Position numbers and translations under genes: made by a program
Notes under the pieces: model-generated
What the model saw: only the letters and a program-made list of their open reading frames with translations
What the model was told of the DNA's origin: nothing
The model's database searches: none
Part shown: positions 30,106-39,768 of the stretch, piece after piece
How positions within the stretch are numbered: the stretch's first letter is position 1
How the letters are laid out: each line of letters opens with the position of its first letter
NCBI GenBank assembly: GCA_965215185.1
Contig: OZ244034.1
Coordinates: forward strand, 2,016,001 to 2,080,000
Direction of reading: 5' to 3'
Origin: Acidimicrobiia bacterium
GTDB lineage: Bacteria > Actinomycetota > Acidimicrobiia > Spongiisociales > ZC4RG35
DNA length: 64,000 nucleotides

Positions 30106-31203
30106 ATGGAGCGGATAGTCCCTTCCTACAAAGGGAACAACCTGGTAAACCTGGTAGCGGAGTTAGAACGCCGCCTCACCGGACACTCCCCTACCCGGGG
30201 CCTGCGCTCTGATCTTGCCGATCTGATTCCTTCCGCTCGGAATTATCTGTTGGTGATCATTGATGGGTTGGGGACCGGCCAACTCTCCCATCCCAACGCT
30301 CGGGTACTGCGGTCATCGCATCAAGGCGACTTGGAGGCGCCCTTCCCCACCACCACCACTGTGAGCCTCTCATCGATATGCACCGGGCTCACTCCCATCC
30401 AGCATGGGGTAATCGGCTACCGCCAATGGTTCCCTGATCTGGGCAAGGTGGTGAGCCTGCTGCGATGGACCGACTTGTCCGGGAAAGTGGTCAAATACAA
30501 CACCGCTTCCTTTCTTCCCGCTCCCAACCTTTGGGAGCGACTCACAGCCCGACAGGCACGGGGAATGATCGTCCAACCGTCGGAGTTTTCGGACACGCCG
30601 CTAAGCAAGATGCTCTATCTGGGAGCGGAGATGCGAGTCTATTCATCGCCCGTCGAAGTCGACCCGGCCTATCTGGTTGCCCGGTCGGCACGCACCTTGG
30701 CGATCATCTACTACCACGCGGTGGATGTAGCCGCCCATGAAAAGGGCCAGCGATCGCAAGAGTACCGCGAAGCTATGAGCGGCGCCGACCGGCTCTGGGA
30801 GAGACTGGCCCACCGGCTTCCCTCCAACACGGTGATGGTGGGAACCTCCGACCACGGGCACATCGACATTCCGCCGGACGGCAAAATCAACCTGGCTAAA
30901 GCCGACACCGCGGGAATGCGCTGGTGGGGAGACAGCAGGTCTTTGATGCTCGCCGGACCTGGGGAACGGATCGAAGAACTCGCCGTGCGGACCGACTCCA
31001 AGTTGGTTCACGCCAACGAACTTCGAAGGTGGCTGGGCCGAGGCCGACCCCATCCCGAGCTGGAATCCCGGATGCCCGACGCCGTCCTAATCGCGGCGGA
31101 CAATACGGGAATCTTCCCCAAAGGGATGGACACCCGAAAAGTCGGCCATCACGGCGGCCTCACCCCCGCAGAAGTCCAGATCCCCCTGCTGGTGGTTCAG
31201 TGA
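30106..31203 (+). CDS. Alkaline-phosphatase-superfamily nucleotide pyrophosphatase/phosphodiesterase
   Basis: IIDGLG, FPTTT, DVAAH, TSDHGH, GHHGGLT..EV.IPL. Confidence 0.85.
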   Translation: MERIVPSYKGNNLVNLVAELERRLTGHSPTRGLRSDLADLIPSARNYLLVIIDGLGTGQLSHPNARVLRSSHQGDLEAPFPTTTTVSLSSICTGLTPIQHGVIGYRQWFPDLGKVVSLLRWTDLSGKVVKYNTASFLPAPNLWERLTARQARGMIVQPSEFSDTPLSKMLYLGAEMRVYSSPVEVDPAYLVARSARTLAIIYYHAVDVAAHEKGQRSQEYREAMSGADRLWERLAHRLPSNTVMVGTSDHGHIDIPPDGKINLAKADTAGMRWWGDSRSLMLAGPGERIEELAVRTDSKLVHANELRRWLGRGRPHPELESRMPDAVLIAADNTGIFPKGMDTRKVGHHGGLTPAEVQIPLLVVQ

Positions 31204-31328
31204 GACGACCCGGTATCAAGTATCCCTGCAGTACCGTGCAGCGGATTCGCCCGCCGGGGGGCGGCTCCGGTGGCGGCTTTTCACCATCTGATGATTCCCA
31301 ATCCTTCTCAAAGAAGGGCTCAACAGGG

Positions 31329-31350
31329 CGTCACACCCTTTTGATAGGGT
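31329..31350 (+). promoter_or_regulatory. PafBC/RecA-NDp-like promoter of the uvrD-like gene
   Basis: CGTCAC-N10-TAGGGT, followed 7 nt later by the GTG start; resembles actinobacterial TGTCRG-N10-TAnnnT. Confidence 0.5.
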
Positions 31351-31357
31351 CAGGCAT

Positions 31358-34294
31358 GTGATTTTTCCTGGACCTGATGTGTTGGGGAGGGGGGTGGTGG
31401 TGGCCGCTGGTGGGCGGTCGCCGCTGGAGGAGGCTGAGCGGGTGGTGGTTGGGCAGGAGGTGCTGGCTGACCAGGGGCGGCTGGAGGAGACGGTGGATTT
31501 GCTGCATCGGGCGTGGGTGGGGCGACGGCCGGTTACGGTGGAACTTGGGATAGCGGTGTCGCAGCTGCGTCAACCGGTGGTGGAGCAGCGGGCTCCTTGG
31601 ATGCTCGGTCCTGGGTACACCCCGCTTAGCGAGAGGCTTCACTTTCTGGTGTGGGCCAACAACTGGGATGCCCGCAACGGTGAGCCGATCTGGTGGTGGA
31701 GCCGCAAGGCCGAGCGCCTGGGCGCGAGTATTGGTGGGCAGGCAGATGTCATCCTCCCGGGTGGGCAGCAGGCGTGGGTGGATGGAGGCCCGCGCGCTCC
31801 CCTGGAAATCCCCGTTGTTCACTCGCAGACGGTGGAACTGGGGCGGCTGACTCTCCAACCCGCCTTTACGGCCACCCTCGCCGATCTGGCCGACGATCAG
31901 CGGGCCGCGGTGGAACACCACTCGGGACCCATCCGGGTGATAGCTCCGGCCGGGTCGGGAAAGACCCGCACCCTCAACGCCCGTCTTCTGCACCTGGTCG
32001 ACGGACGGAAGGTGGAGCCGGGGACCGTGACGGCGGTCGCCTACAACAATCGCGCCGCCCTGGAGATGCGACAACGTTTGCAGAGACACGGCCTGCACAT
32101 TCGCACCATCCACTCTCTCGGGTGGGCAATCATCCGTGACATCCGTCCTGATGCCACACTGCTTGACGAACGGGGGGTGAGGGCGCGGCTTCGGGGCATG
32201 ATCCCCACCGCGCCTCGACCCAACACCGACATAATCGGCCCCTACCTGGAAGGTCTGGGGGAAATCCGGATCGCTCTGCGCAACCCGACCCAGGTTGAGG
32301 AAGACCGCGATGATGTGGATGGCTTGGCCGGAATTTTCGACAAGTACCGCTCCTTGCTATCGCAGAGGAACGAGGTCGACTACGACGAGCAAATCTACGG
32401 CGCGATCGAAATGCTGCTTGCCGATCCGGACCTGCGGCACAAATGGCAGAAGCGCTGCCGCCATCTGCTGGTCGACGAATTCCAGGACCTGACCCCCGCC
32501 TATCTTCTCCTGCTGCGGCTGCTGTCCTCACCCGAATTGAATGTGTTCGCAGTGGGAGATGATGATCAGACCATCTACGGCTATGTGGGGGCCGACCCGA
32601 GGTACCTGATCGACTTCGACCGTCTCTTCCCCGGCGCCGGCGCCAGCGCGCTCACCGTGAACTACCGATGTCCCAGCCAAGTCGTGACGGGCGCCTCGCG
32701 GTTGCTGTCATATAACCGGCGGCGGATTCCCAAGGAGATCAAGGCGGCTGCCAACCCCCAGCCAGACACCTTTCGGATCATTGCGCCCGGCCAGTCTCAG
32801 ATGGCGACCGAGGCGGCGAAGATCATCACCAAATGGCGAAAAGAAGGCGTCCCTGCCGAGGAGATGGCGGTGCTGGCCAGGGTCAACTCGGCGCTGCTGC
32901 CGATACTGGCGGCGTTAGACGAGACCGAAACGTTGTCTCATTCACAACTGGACACGGGCCTATTGAACCGGACCACCATGCGGGCGACTCTGGCCTGGAT
33001 CCGGCTGGCGCTCAACACCGAATTCATGAGTCGGACAGATCTCATGGAAGCGGTGCGCAGACCCGCCCGACGGATCAACCGACTAGCTTCCGAACTGATC
33101 CCCCACCGAGACGACATCTCGCTGGATCAGCTTTCCGCCCTTGCCGGTAAGTTGGACGATCGGAAGGCCCAGACCTGGAAGCGGTTCGTCGATGCTATCG
33201 AAGAGGCCTCGCACGTCGCTCGACAAGGAAACTCCGGCGCCCTTTTGGACTTTCTATCCCTGGAAATCGGACTGGGCAGAGTCGCCCAAAAGCTGGACTC
33301 CAGTCGCAGCAGAGCTGATCGCTCCACACACACCGACGACCTGGTGGCGCTGCGTCGCACGGCTGCCATCTATCGGGACCTGCCGAGCTTCGAAGTCCGG
33401 CTTCGTCGCTTGCTGGGACGAAAGACCCCAGAGTCAGGAGTAACCGTAACCACCATCCACCGGGTGAAGGGCTTGGAATGGGACCGGGTGGTCGTCTTCG
33501 GAGTGGATCAAGGGCTGGTACCCCATGTGCTCAGCGAAGACGTAGAGGAGGAACGCCGGGTGCTCCATGTGGCGATCACCAGATGCCGCCAAAAGGCCGT
33601 AGTAGTGGCCGAGGCGGGAAAGGAGTCGCCTTTTCTCACTGAATTGACGAAGGGGATCGGCGAGAGTCGAGGGGGCGCAATTCGGTCGGCTACACCCACT
33701 GGGCGACCGGCCGCCAGAGGAGACCGAAGATCCGGGACGCAGCCCGATGGCGCTCTGCACGAGACGCTGCTGGAGTGGCGCCGGCAGACCGCCCGCCAAG
33801 AGGCACTCCCTGCCTACATAATCGTGAACAATCGAGCATTGGAGGAGATCGCCCGCACCCGGCCCCACACCAAGGCGGATCTTCTCCAGATACCCGGCAT
33901 CGGCCCGGGCAAACTGGAGCGTTACGGACAAGCACTCCTCGATCTGATCGCCTCCCACCCCACCCAGCAGTCAGACCAAGACAAAGCGCCCAGCATCCAG
34001 ATGACGACCCGACTCGCTCCACCGGTCCAGGCCAAAAGGCCGCCGGCGTCCGAACCAACCACCCCTGAGGACACCGTCCTGTTCGAAGCGCTCCGAGAGT
34101 GGCGCCTGCAGGAGGCTCGCAAGAACAATGTTCCCGCTTACACCATCCTCGGCAATCGGACATTGCAGGAAATCGTCCTCGCCCGACCCCGCAACACCGC
34201 AGAGCTACTCCAAATCCATGGCATAGGCCCCAAGAAACTCGACCAGTACGGGCAGGACGTCCTCAATGTGGTGAAATCCGAGCCATTTGCCTGA
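31358..34294 (+). CDS. UvrD2-like SF1 ATP-dependent DNA helicase with N-terminal extension and two HRDC domains
   Basis: APAGSGKT, LVDEFQD, VGDDDQTIYGY, NYR, TIHRVKGLEW, EERRVLHVAITR; two HRDC units (L.EWR...A....PAY.I..N..L.EI...RP...LLQI.GIGP.KL..YG). Confidence 0.9.
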   Translation: MIFPGPDVLGRGVVVAAGGRSPLEEAERVVVGQEVLADQGRLEETVDLLHRAWVGRRPVTVELGIAVSQLRQPVVEQRAPWMLGPGYTPLSERLHFLVWANNWDARNGEPIWWWSRKAERLGASIGGQADVILPGGQQAWVDGGPRAPLEIPVVHSQTVELGRLTLQPAFTATLADLADDQRAAVEHHSGPIRVIAPAGSGKTRTLNARLLHLVDGRKVEPGTVTAVAYNNRAALEMRQRLQRHGLHIRTIHSLGWAIIRDIRPDATLLDERGVRARLRGMIPTAPRPNTDIIGPYLEGLGEIRIALRNPTQVEEDRDDVDGLAGIFDKYRSLLSQRNEVDYDEQIYGAIEMLLADPDLRHKWQKRCRHLLVDEFQDLTPAYLLLLRLLSSPELNVFAVGDDDQTIYGYVGADPRYLIDFDRLFPGAGASALTVNYRCPSQVVTGASRLLSYNRRRIPKEIKAAANPQPDTFRIIAPGQSQMATEAAKIITKWRKEGVPAEEMAVLARVNSALLPILAALDETETLSHSQLDTGLLNRTTMRATLAWIRLALNTEFMSRTDLMEAVRRPARRINRLASELIPHRDDISLDQLSALAGKLDDRKAQTWKRFVDAIEEASHVARQGNSGALLDFLSLEIGLGRVAQKLDSSRSRADRSTHTDDLVALRRTAAIYRDLPSFEVRLRRLLGRKTPESGVTVTTIHRVKGLEWDRVVVFGVDQGLVPHVLSEDVEEERRVLHVAITRCRQKAVVVAEAGKESPFLTELTKGIGESRGGAIRSATPTGRPAARGDRRSGTQPDGALHETLLEWRRQTARQEALPAYIIVNNRALEEIARTRPHTKADLLQIPGIGPGKLERYGQALLDLIASHPTQQSDQDKAPSIQMTTRLAPPVQAKRPPASEPTTPEDTVLFEALREWRLQEARKNNVPAYTILGNRTLQEIVLARPRNTAELLQIHGIGPKKLDQYGQDVLNVVKSEPFA

Positions 34295-34450
34295 ACGAAA
34301 GCTGTTCGGACAGCCGAAACACCTGGGCGCGGTAAACATCCCGTTCTAGGAAACCCTTCTTTTCGAACGCGGGCCCCGAATCCGACAAACCTGACCTCGG
34401 AACATCCCTAGCCTTCCCCTCACAGCAGTCCAGCCGGAGGAGATCAAACC

Positions 34451-34864
34451 ATGCACGACTACAAAACCTGGAATATAGAGGTAATCGAAGAATTCCGGGC
34501 CAATGGCGGATGGGCGGGCGGCAGGCTGGAGGGAATGCCGCTGTTGCTGCTTTTTAACGTCGGCGCCAAGACCGGCGAAATGCGGATCAACCCACTGGCC
34601 TATCTGGCAGTCGACGGCGGTTACGGCATTTTCGGCTCCAAGGGTGGAGGTCCCACCAATCCCGACTGGTACCACAACCTGGTAGCCAACCCCGACGTGA
34701 CGGTGGAGATCGGTGAGGAGACCATCTCGTGCCGGGCCCGTGTCACGCAAGGAGAAGAGCGGGACCGGATCTGGAGCCAACAGAAACAGGAATTCCCGCA
34801 GTTCGCCGACTACGAGACCAACACCACCCGCCAGATACCGGTCATACTGCTGGAACCCATGTAG
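34451..34864 (+). CDS. Deazaflavin (F420)-dependent nitroreductase, Ddn family
   Basis: IEEFRANGG, GAKTG, SKGG...NPDWYHNL.ANP, RQIPV; RBS GGAGG. Confidence 0.9.
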   Translation: MHDYKTWNIEVIEEFRANGGWAGGRLEGMPLLLLFNVGAKTGEMRINPLAYLAVDGGYGIFGSKGGGPTNPDWYHNLVANPDVTVEIGEETISCRARVTQGEERDRIWSQQKQEFPQFADYETNTTRQIPVILLEPM

Positions 34865-34897
34865 GTCCCCTGTCGAAGCGTTCCGGGGACTGACCGT

Positions 34898-36520
34898 ATG
34901 TACAGACACCCGATCCGCTGGGAATCGAGACGCTCGCCGATCCTGTCGACCAGGGGGATCGTCGCTTCCAGCCAACCCCTGGCAACCATGGCCGGCATCA
35001 CCGTTTTGCAGGACGGAGGCAACGCCGCAGACGCGGCGGTGGCCACGGCCGCCGCGCTGGCGGTCACCGAACCGGGCTCCACCGGGATCGGCGGGGACTG
35101 CTTCGCTCTGTTCTACCGATCTTCGGACGGAGTGGTCGAAGCGGTTAACGGCAGCGGACGCAGCCCGGAGGAGGTAACGCTTGATGTGGCCGGTGGCGCA
35201 CAAGGGTTCGATTCCCAGGGACCCCACTCGGTGACGGTGCCCGGCACGATCGCCGGGTGGGCCGACACAGTGGAACGCTTCGGCAAGATGCCCTTGGCCG
35301 AGGTGCTGAAGCCCGCCATCGCCTTGGCCGAGGACGGTTTCCCGGTAACGCCCATCATCAGCCGCGGCTGGCAGGGTCAAGAGACAATGCTGAGGAGGAA
35401 GGGTCCCGCAGGACAGGACCTGCTTTTGAACGGTCGGGCGCCACGGGCCGGTGAAGTCTGGCTCAACCCACCCATCGCCAGCGTTATGCGCTCCGTCGCC
35501 GAGGGCGGCCCACAGGCCTTCTACCAGGGCGCTCCTGCCCGGGCGATCATTGAAGCCTTGGACCGGCACGGCGGATGCATGACGATGCAGGATCTGAGCA
35601 GCCACCACTCCACCTTTGAAGCTCCCATCTCCACCACCTATCGCGACCACACCATCTATGAATGCCCACCCAACGGCCAGGGCATCACGGCACTGCTGGC
35701 TCTCAACATCCTGGAAGGATGTGACCTGCCCTCGACGCGCCCCCGCTCGGTAGAAGCCCTACACCCGATGATTGAGGCGGTTCGGCTCGCCTTCGCCGAC
35801 GCTCGCGCCTACCTGGCCGACCCCGCCCGTGCCCACGTTCCGGTCGCCACGATGCTCAGCAAGCAATACGCGGCCCAGCGGCGCAACCTGATCTCCCCCG
35901 ACACCGCCATCACCATGGCCACGGCTGGCGACTTGCCGGGGGGCTCTGACACGGTGTATCTGTGCACCGTGGACCGCGATGGAAACGCCTGCTCCTTCAT
36001 CAACAGCAATTACCAGGGTTTTGGCAGTGGCATCGTGCCCCGCCACTGTGGCTTCAGCCTGCAGAACCGCGGAGCGGGATTCGCACTCGACCCGCGTCAC
36101 CCGAACGCGCTGGCGGGAGGCAAGCGGCCCTACCACACCATCATGCCGGCCATTCTCACTCGGCCTGACGGGTCGCTGTTCGCCCCCTTCGGCGTGATGG
36201 GCGGTTGGAACCAGCCCCAAGGACACACCCAGGTGGTGATCAATCTGATCGACCGCGGGATGGATCCGCAGGCCGCTATCGACGAACCCCGCTTTTCGAT
36301 CTTCACCGACCCTCCCAACGGTGACATCTGGGTGGAGGACGGCATTCCCTCGGCAACGATCCGAGATCTCGCCCGACTCGGGCATCCCGTTCGTCCCGCC
36401 TCGGGCGCCCTCCGCGCCAGCGCCGTGGGGCAAGGTCAGATCATCGTTCGCGATCCGGACACCGGAGTCTTGTGGGCCGGTTCAGATCCCCGGGGCGACG
36501 GTAACGCTATTGGCCTTTAG
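34898..36520 (+). CDS. ggt: Gamma-glutamyltransferase family protein
   Basis: GGNAADAAVA, GIGGDCF, TVPG, PPNGQG, autoprocessing site DTVYL, LQNRG, KRPYHTIMP, MGG..QPQG, SDPRGDG. Confidence 0.9.
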   Translation: MYRHPIRWESRRSPILSTRGIVASSQPLATMAGITVLQDGGNAADAAVATAAALAVTEPGSTGIGGDCFALFYRSSDGVVEAVNGSGRSPEEVTLDVAGGAQGFDSQGPHSVTVPGTIAGWADTVERFGKMPLAEVLKPAIALAEDGFPVTPIISRGWQGQETMLRRKGPAGQDLLLNGRAPRAGEVWLNPPIASVMRSVAEGGPQAFYQGAPARAIIEALDRHGGCMTMQDLSSHHSTFEAPISTTYRDHTIYECPPNGQGITALLALNILEGCDLPSTRPRSVEALHPMIEAVRLAFADARAYLADPARAHVPVATMLSKQYAAQRRNLISPDTAITMATAGDLPGGSDTVYLCTVDRDGNACSFINSNYQGFGSGIVPRHCGFSLQNRGAGFALDPRHPNALAGGKRPYHTIMPAILTRPDGSLFAPFGVMGGWNQPQGHTQVVINLIDRGMDPQAAIDEPRFSIFTDPPNGDIWVEDGIPSATIRDLARLGHPVRPASGALRASAVGQGQIIVRDPDTGVLWAGSDPRGDGNAIGL

Positions 36521-36637
36521 CGGACCCTTGGACCATGATCCGAAGACAAGTCGGAGTCTTGAACATCGCCCGTGTACTGACACACGGCAGGACGCCGCCT
36601 TGGAGTAGCGCTCCCTGTCGGCTCTGAGATCGGTTGG

Positions 36638-38119
36638 CTAATCGCTGCCGGTCTCGCAGGACTGGACTAAAACACAGGGGTGAACCTCGATGATCGCCCT
36701 CAGAGGTGAGTATCGGACACCCCACAGCTGGACGGTTTGTTTTCCTCCCTGGTTGATAGTGCGACTGATCCTCACCGTCCAGCCGTCGATCGCGGGCTGG
36801 AGGTATTTTGTCTGGCCGGTCCTTAACTGAGAATTGGGGCGATATAAGGGTTTGGGCGGGGTGGTCCTGTTGATACGCCTGGAAACATCAGCCGTCACCA
36901 CTCTCGCCTGATCCCCTCCATCAGCGATAACTTCCAGGTGTCCTTCTCCATCTTTCCACTCTCCAATCACCACCCGCCCGTCGTTGTCACCAAAGAATGT
37001 CACCGTCAGAGAAGTGCTGGTGTACTCAGATCGGATCAACACGTTTCGCGAAGAGGTATTGCGAAAGATCACATCCAGGCCTGGCCAGTCGAGGGTGGCT
37101 TCAATGCCTTCGGGATAGCGGGAGAAATAGCGGCTGTGAGGTTTATGGGCTATGTCCTGGTACCCGCCCCAGAACACCGCGTTGTAGAAGGTGGTAGCAA
37201 ATTGGCTCACTCCCCCTCCCACGGTGTGGACCAACTCTCCGTTCATCAAAGTGCCTGCCTGCAAGAAGCCCTTCTCGACAGTGCGTTCCCCCACCTGCCT
37301 ATTGAGGCTGAAATTCTCTCCCGGGCGGACGATCACACCATCGACTTTGTCGGCAAACAACTGTATGTTTGTTACCCGGTCAGCGCAGCATGGATGATAG
37401 GTTGTGTACTGCGATACCAGATGAAGAAGACTCTGACCGTCGACATCCTGCAAGTATTCCACGGTAGGAACCAGCTTCAGGGCTCTGGCCAAAAAGGTCG
37501 CCATCTCAGCTCGTGTGACTGACCGGGCGGGACAGTACCGAAGGGGGTTGGTGGCACATCCGATAGTAATACTCGAGACTGCCAACACATTGATATCGCG
37601 GGCGTGCGTATTGCCTTCGGTGTCGGTGAACCGGATAGCACTGGTGCCCTCCAACTCAAGGGCGCGGACCAACCCGGCTAGGTTGAACGCCCTAGTCAAG
37701 AAACTTGCCATTTGCGCCCGGGTGACCGGTTGGTGTGGGCAAAATAGAGCCGGATTGACCCCACAACCCTTGGTGATCCCCAACTCCGCAAGTCGTTCCA
37801 CATATCCCGCCCACCAGACATCACTCTCAACATCTGCGAAGACAGTGGCGTCAACTGCGGGCGGCTCCTCCTCTCCTAGCGCCCTCACAATCCAGACCGC
37901 CATCACCCAGCGGGGTAGCGGCTCGTCGGGACAGAAGCCTCCGGTATCACATTCGGTCCCGGTGAGAATCCCCGCCGCCTCCAGGGCTTCGATGGCAATC
38001 CTGTGCGCCCCTGTTTCGGCGATATCGTCATATTCCAACGCAACCACCGGTGAGGTGGCGGGCGCCAAAGCCGCTACCACCACCAGAGCGAGCAGAATTG
38101 GGATACGAAAGCGAAACAT
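36638..38119 (-). CDS. Secreted SLH-domain protein with C-terminal VanW domain
   Basis: Signal peptide, three Cys-containing SLH repeats (GC...FCP..VTRAQMA), VanW core (RVTNI, PGENFSLN, GGGVSQFATTFYNA, HS.Y..RYP.G.EAT). Confidence 0.85.
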   Translation of the reverse strand: MFRFRIPILLALVVVAALAPATSPVVALEYDDIAETGAHRIAIEALEAAGILTGTECDTGGFCPDEPLPRWVMAVWIVRALGEEEPPAVDATVFADVESDVWWAGYVERLAELGITKGCGVNPALFCPHQPVTRAQMASFLTRAFNLAGLVRALELEGTSAIRFTDTEGNTHARDINVLAVSSITIGCATNPLRYCPARSVTRAEMATFLARALKLVPTVEYLQDVDGQSLLHLVSQYTTYHPCCADRVTNIQLFADKVDGVIVRPGENFSLNRQVGERTVEKGFLQAGTLMNGELVHTVGGGVSQFATTFYNAVFWGGYQDIAHKPHSRYFSRYPEGIEATLDWPGLDVIFRNTSSRNVLIRSEYTSTSLTVTFFGDNDGRVVIGEWKDGEGHLEVIADGGDQARVVTADVSRRINRTTPPKPLYRPNSQLRTGQTKYLQPAIDGWTVRISRTINQGGKQTVQLWGVRYSPLRAIIEVHPCVLVQSCETGSD

Positions 38120-38516
38120 ATACAGACTTCAACTAGAGGTTGACATTCCTCACTAAACCAGAGGCTTGCTGTTGAAGGCTATTGGCAGCCTGCAACACAA
38201 CAAAGGCTTTCCGGTCTGCCACCCATCTCCTTGCCTTGGCTGCAGGCTGATTCATTGACCGCAGGCCGACAGAGGATGGCGAGAATTCCCCTTTACTGAA
38301 GCTGGACTTTCCCGTGACACATCCACCTGCCTGTGAACCCGAACGCAGTTGGGACGTCGGAGAATTCCAGATAGCATCAAAGCGCAGTTCAAATCGGAGC
38401 AACCATCAAGAATCCATACTTCCCTCTCCATAGGAGTGTTTCCCGGTTGCCCTTCCAGAACCTCCCACCCATACTCACGTTGGCGCTCACCCTGACTCGA
38501 ATTTGACTACCGGACC

Positions 38517-39764
38517 ATGAAACCCTCCCGACAGAAGACACCCCCCTTTGTTTCCTCCGAAGCCCCTATTCCCTGGGCAGTGGTGGTGGCCGGCGCCGCC
38601 ATCGCCTTCCTGGTGATGGGAACTCGTCAAACATTTGGAATTTTTCTAACACCGGTAACCGACGAATTGGGGTCGGGGCGGGAGCCGTATAGCCTGGCCG
38701 TTGCCATCCTCAGCTTGATCATGGGGTTGCCGGTCGGAGCCTATCTGGCCGACCGTTTCAATCCGCGGCAGGTGCTATTTTCGTCAGCGCTTATCTTCGT
38801 CGTTGCCATGTTCGGGGTGTCGCGTCTTTCCTCCGCGGCGGGTCTTCTGTTCTATTTGGGAATCCTGGGTGGAATCGGATTCAGCGGCGTATCCCTGGCG
38901 CTGGTGATGGGGGCAGTGGGCAGACTGGTACCGGCCGAGCGGCGGTCATCGATTCTGGGAGTAATAACAGCCGGCGCCTCGCTGGGAATGTTCCTGACCG
39001 TGCCGGCGGCGCAATTCGGAGTGGAGAGGATCGGCTGGCGGTGGAGCTACGGCCTGATTGCCGTTGGCGGTCTGCTCATCGCGGCCTTGGCTTTTTTGTT
39101 CCCCGGCGGGGGCGAGAAGGGGAATGGGAGCAAGGACACCATCGATGAGCCGTTCGTTGAGACTCTCCGGACGGCCCGGCGCAACCGCAGCTACCTGCTG
39201 CTCACCTCCGGGTTCTTCGTCTGCGGATTCCATGTGGGTTTCATCGCTATCCATCTGCCCGCCTTCCTGACCGACGGTGGCCTGAGCGGCAGGGTGGCTT
39301 CAATCTCCTTGGCCATGATCGGTCTATTCAACATCTTCGGTTCTTCGCTGTTCGGGCGCCTGGGAGACACCTATCGCAAACGCACCTTGCTCTCCCTGCT
39401 TTACGGCATCCGGGGGGTGTTGATGGTGGCTCTACTGCTGGCGCCTCTCACCCCGGTCACAGCCATTCTGTTCGGCGCCGCCATGGGAACGGTGTGGCTG
39501 GGAACGGTGCCGCTCACCTCGGCCACCGTTGCCCAACTGCTCGGGGCCCGCTATCTCACCACCATGTTCGGATTGGTGTTTTTGTCCCATCAAATGGGAG
39601 GGTTCTTGGGAGTCTGGCTGGGTGGGCGGGTGTTCGACGCCACCGGATCCTACGTCCCGATCTGGCTGATCGCCATCGGACTGTCGGTGGCGGCGGTGCT
39701 GGTGCACCTCCCCATCCAGGATCAACGGCAAACAGAGCCGGTCACGGCGGAAGGGAAAACGTGA
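38517..39764 (+). CDS. MFS transporter
   Basis: 12 TM pattern, LADRFNPR, GFFVCGFH, VFLSHQMGGFLG, FDATGSY. Confidence 0.9.
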   Translation: MKPSRQKTPPFVSSEAPIPWAVVVAGAAIAFLVMGTRQTFGIFLTPVTDELGSGREPYSLAVAILSLIMGLPVGAYLADRFNPRQVLFSSALIFVVAMFGVSRLSSAAGLLFYLGILGGIGFSGVSLALVMGAVGRLVPAERRSSILGVITAGASLGMFLTVPAAQFGVERIGWRWSYGLIAVGGLLIAALAFLFPGGGEKGNGSKDTIDEPFVETLRTARRNRSYLLLTSGFFVCGFHVGFIAIHLPAFLTDGGLSGRVASISLAMIGLFNIFGSSLFGRLGDTYRKRTLLSLLYGIRGVLMVALLLAPLTPVTAILFGAAMGTVWLGTVPLTSATVAQLLGARYLTTMFGLVFLSHQMGGFLGVWLGGRVFDATGSYVPIWLIAIGLSVAAVLVHLPIQDQRQTEPVTAEGKT

Positions 39765-39768
39765 GAGG

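Noticed and set aside
34346-35650. 434-aa minus-strand ORF and similar long shadow ORFs (e.g. 2814-3716, 11110-12069, 27055-28188, 56006-56911)
   Set aside because: They are antisense to well-supported genes and lack recognisable motifs; expected in GC-rich DNA.
36638-38119. Vancomycin-resistance cluster
   Set aside because: VanW domain only; no vanHAX or vanRS nearby.
38120-38516. c-di-AMP (ydaO) riboswitch or sRNA upstream of the SLH-VanW gene; 9-bp inverted repeat CAGCCTGCA/TGCAGGCTG
   Set aside because: Conserved ydaO motifs are not present on the appropriate strand; one short inverted repeat is not enough evidence.
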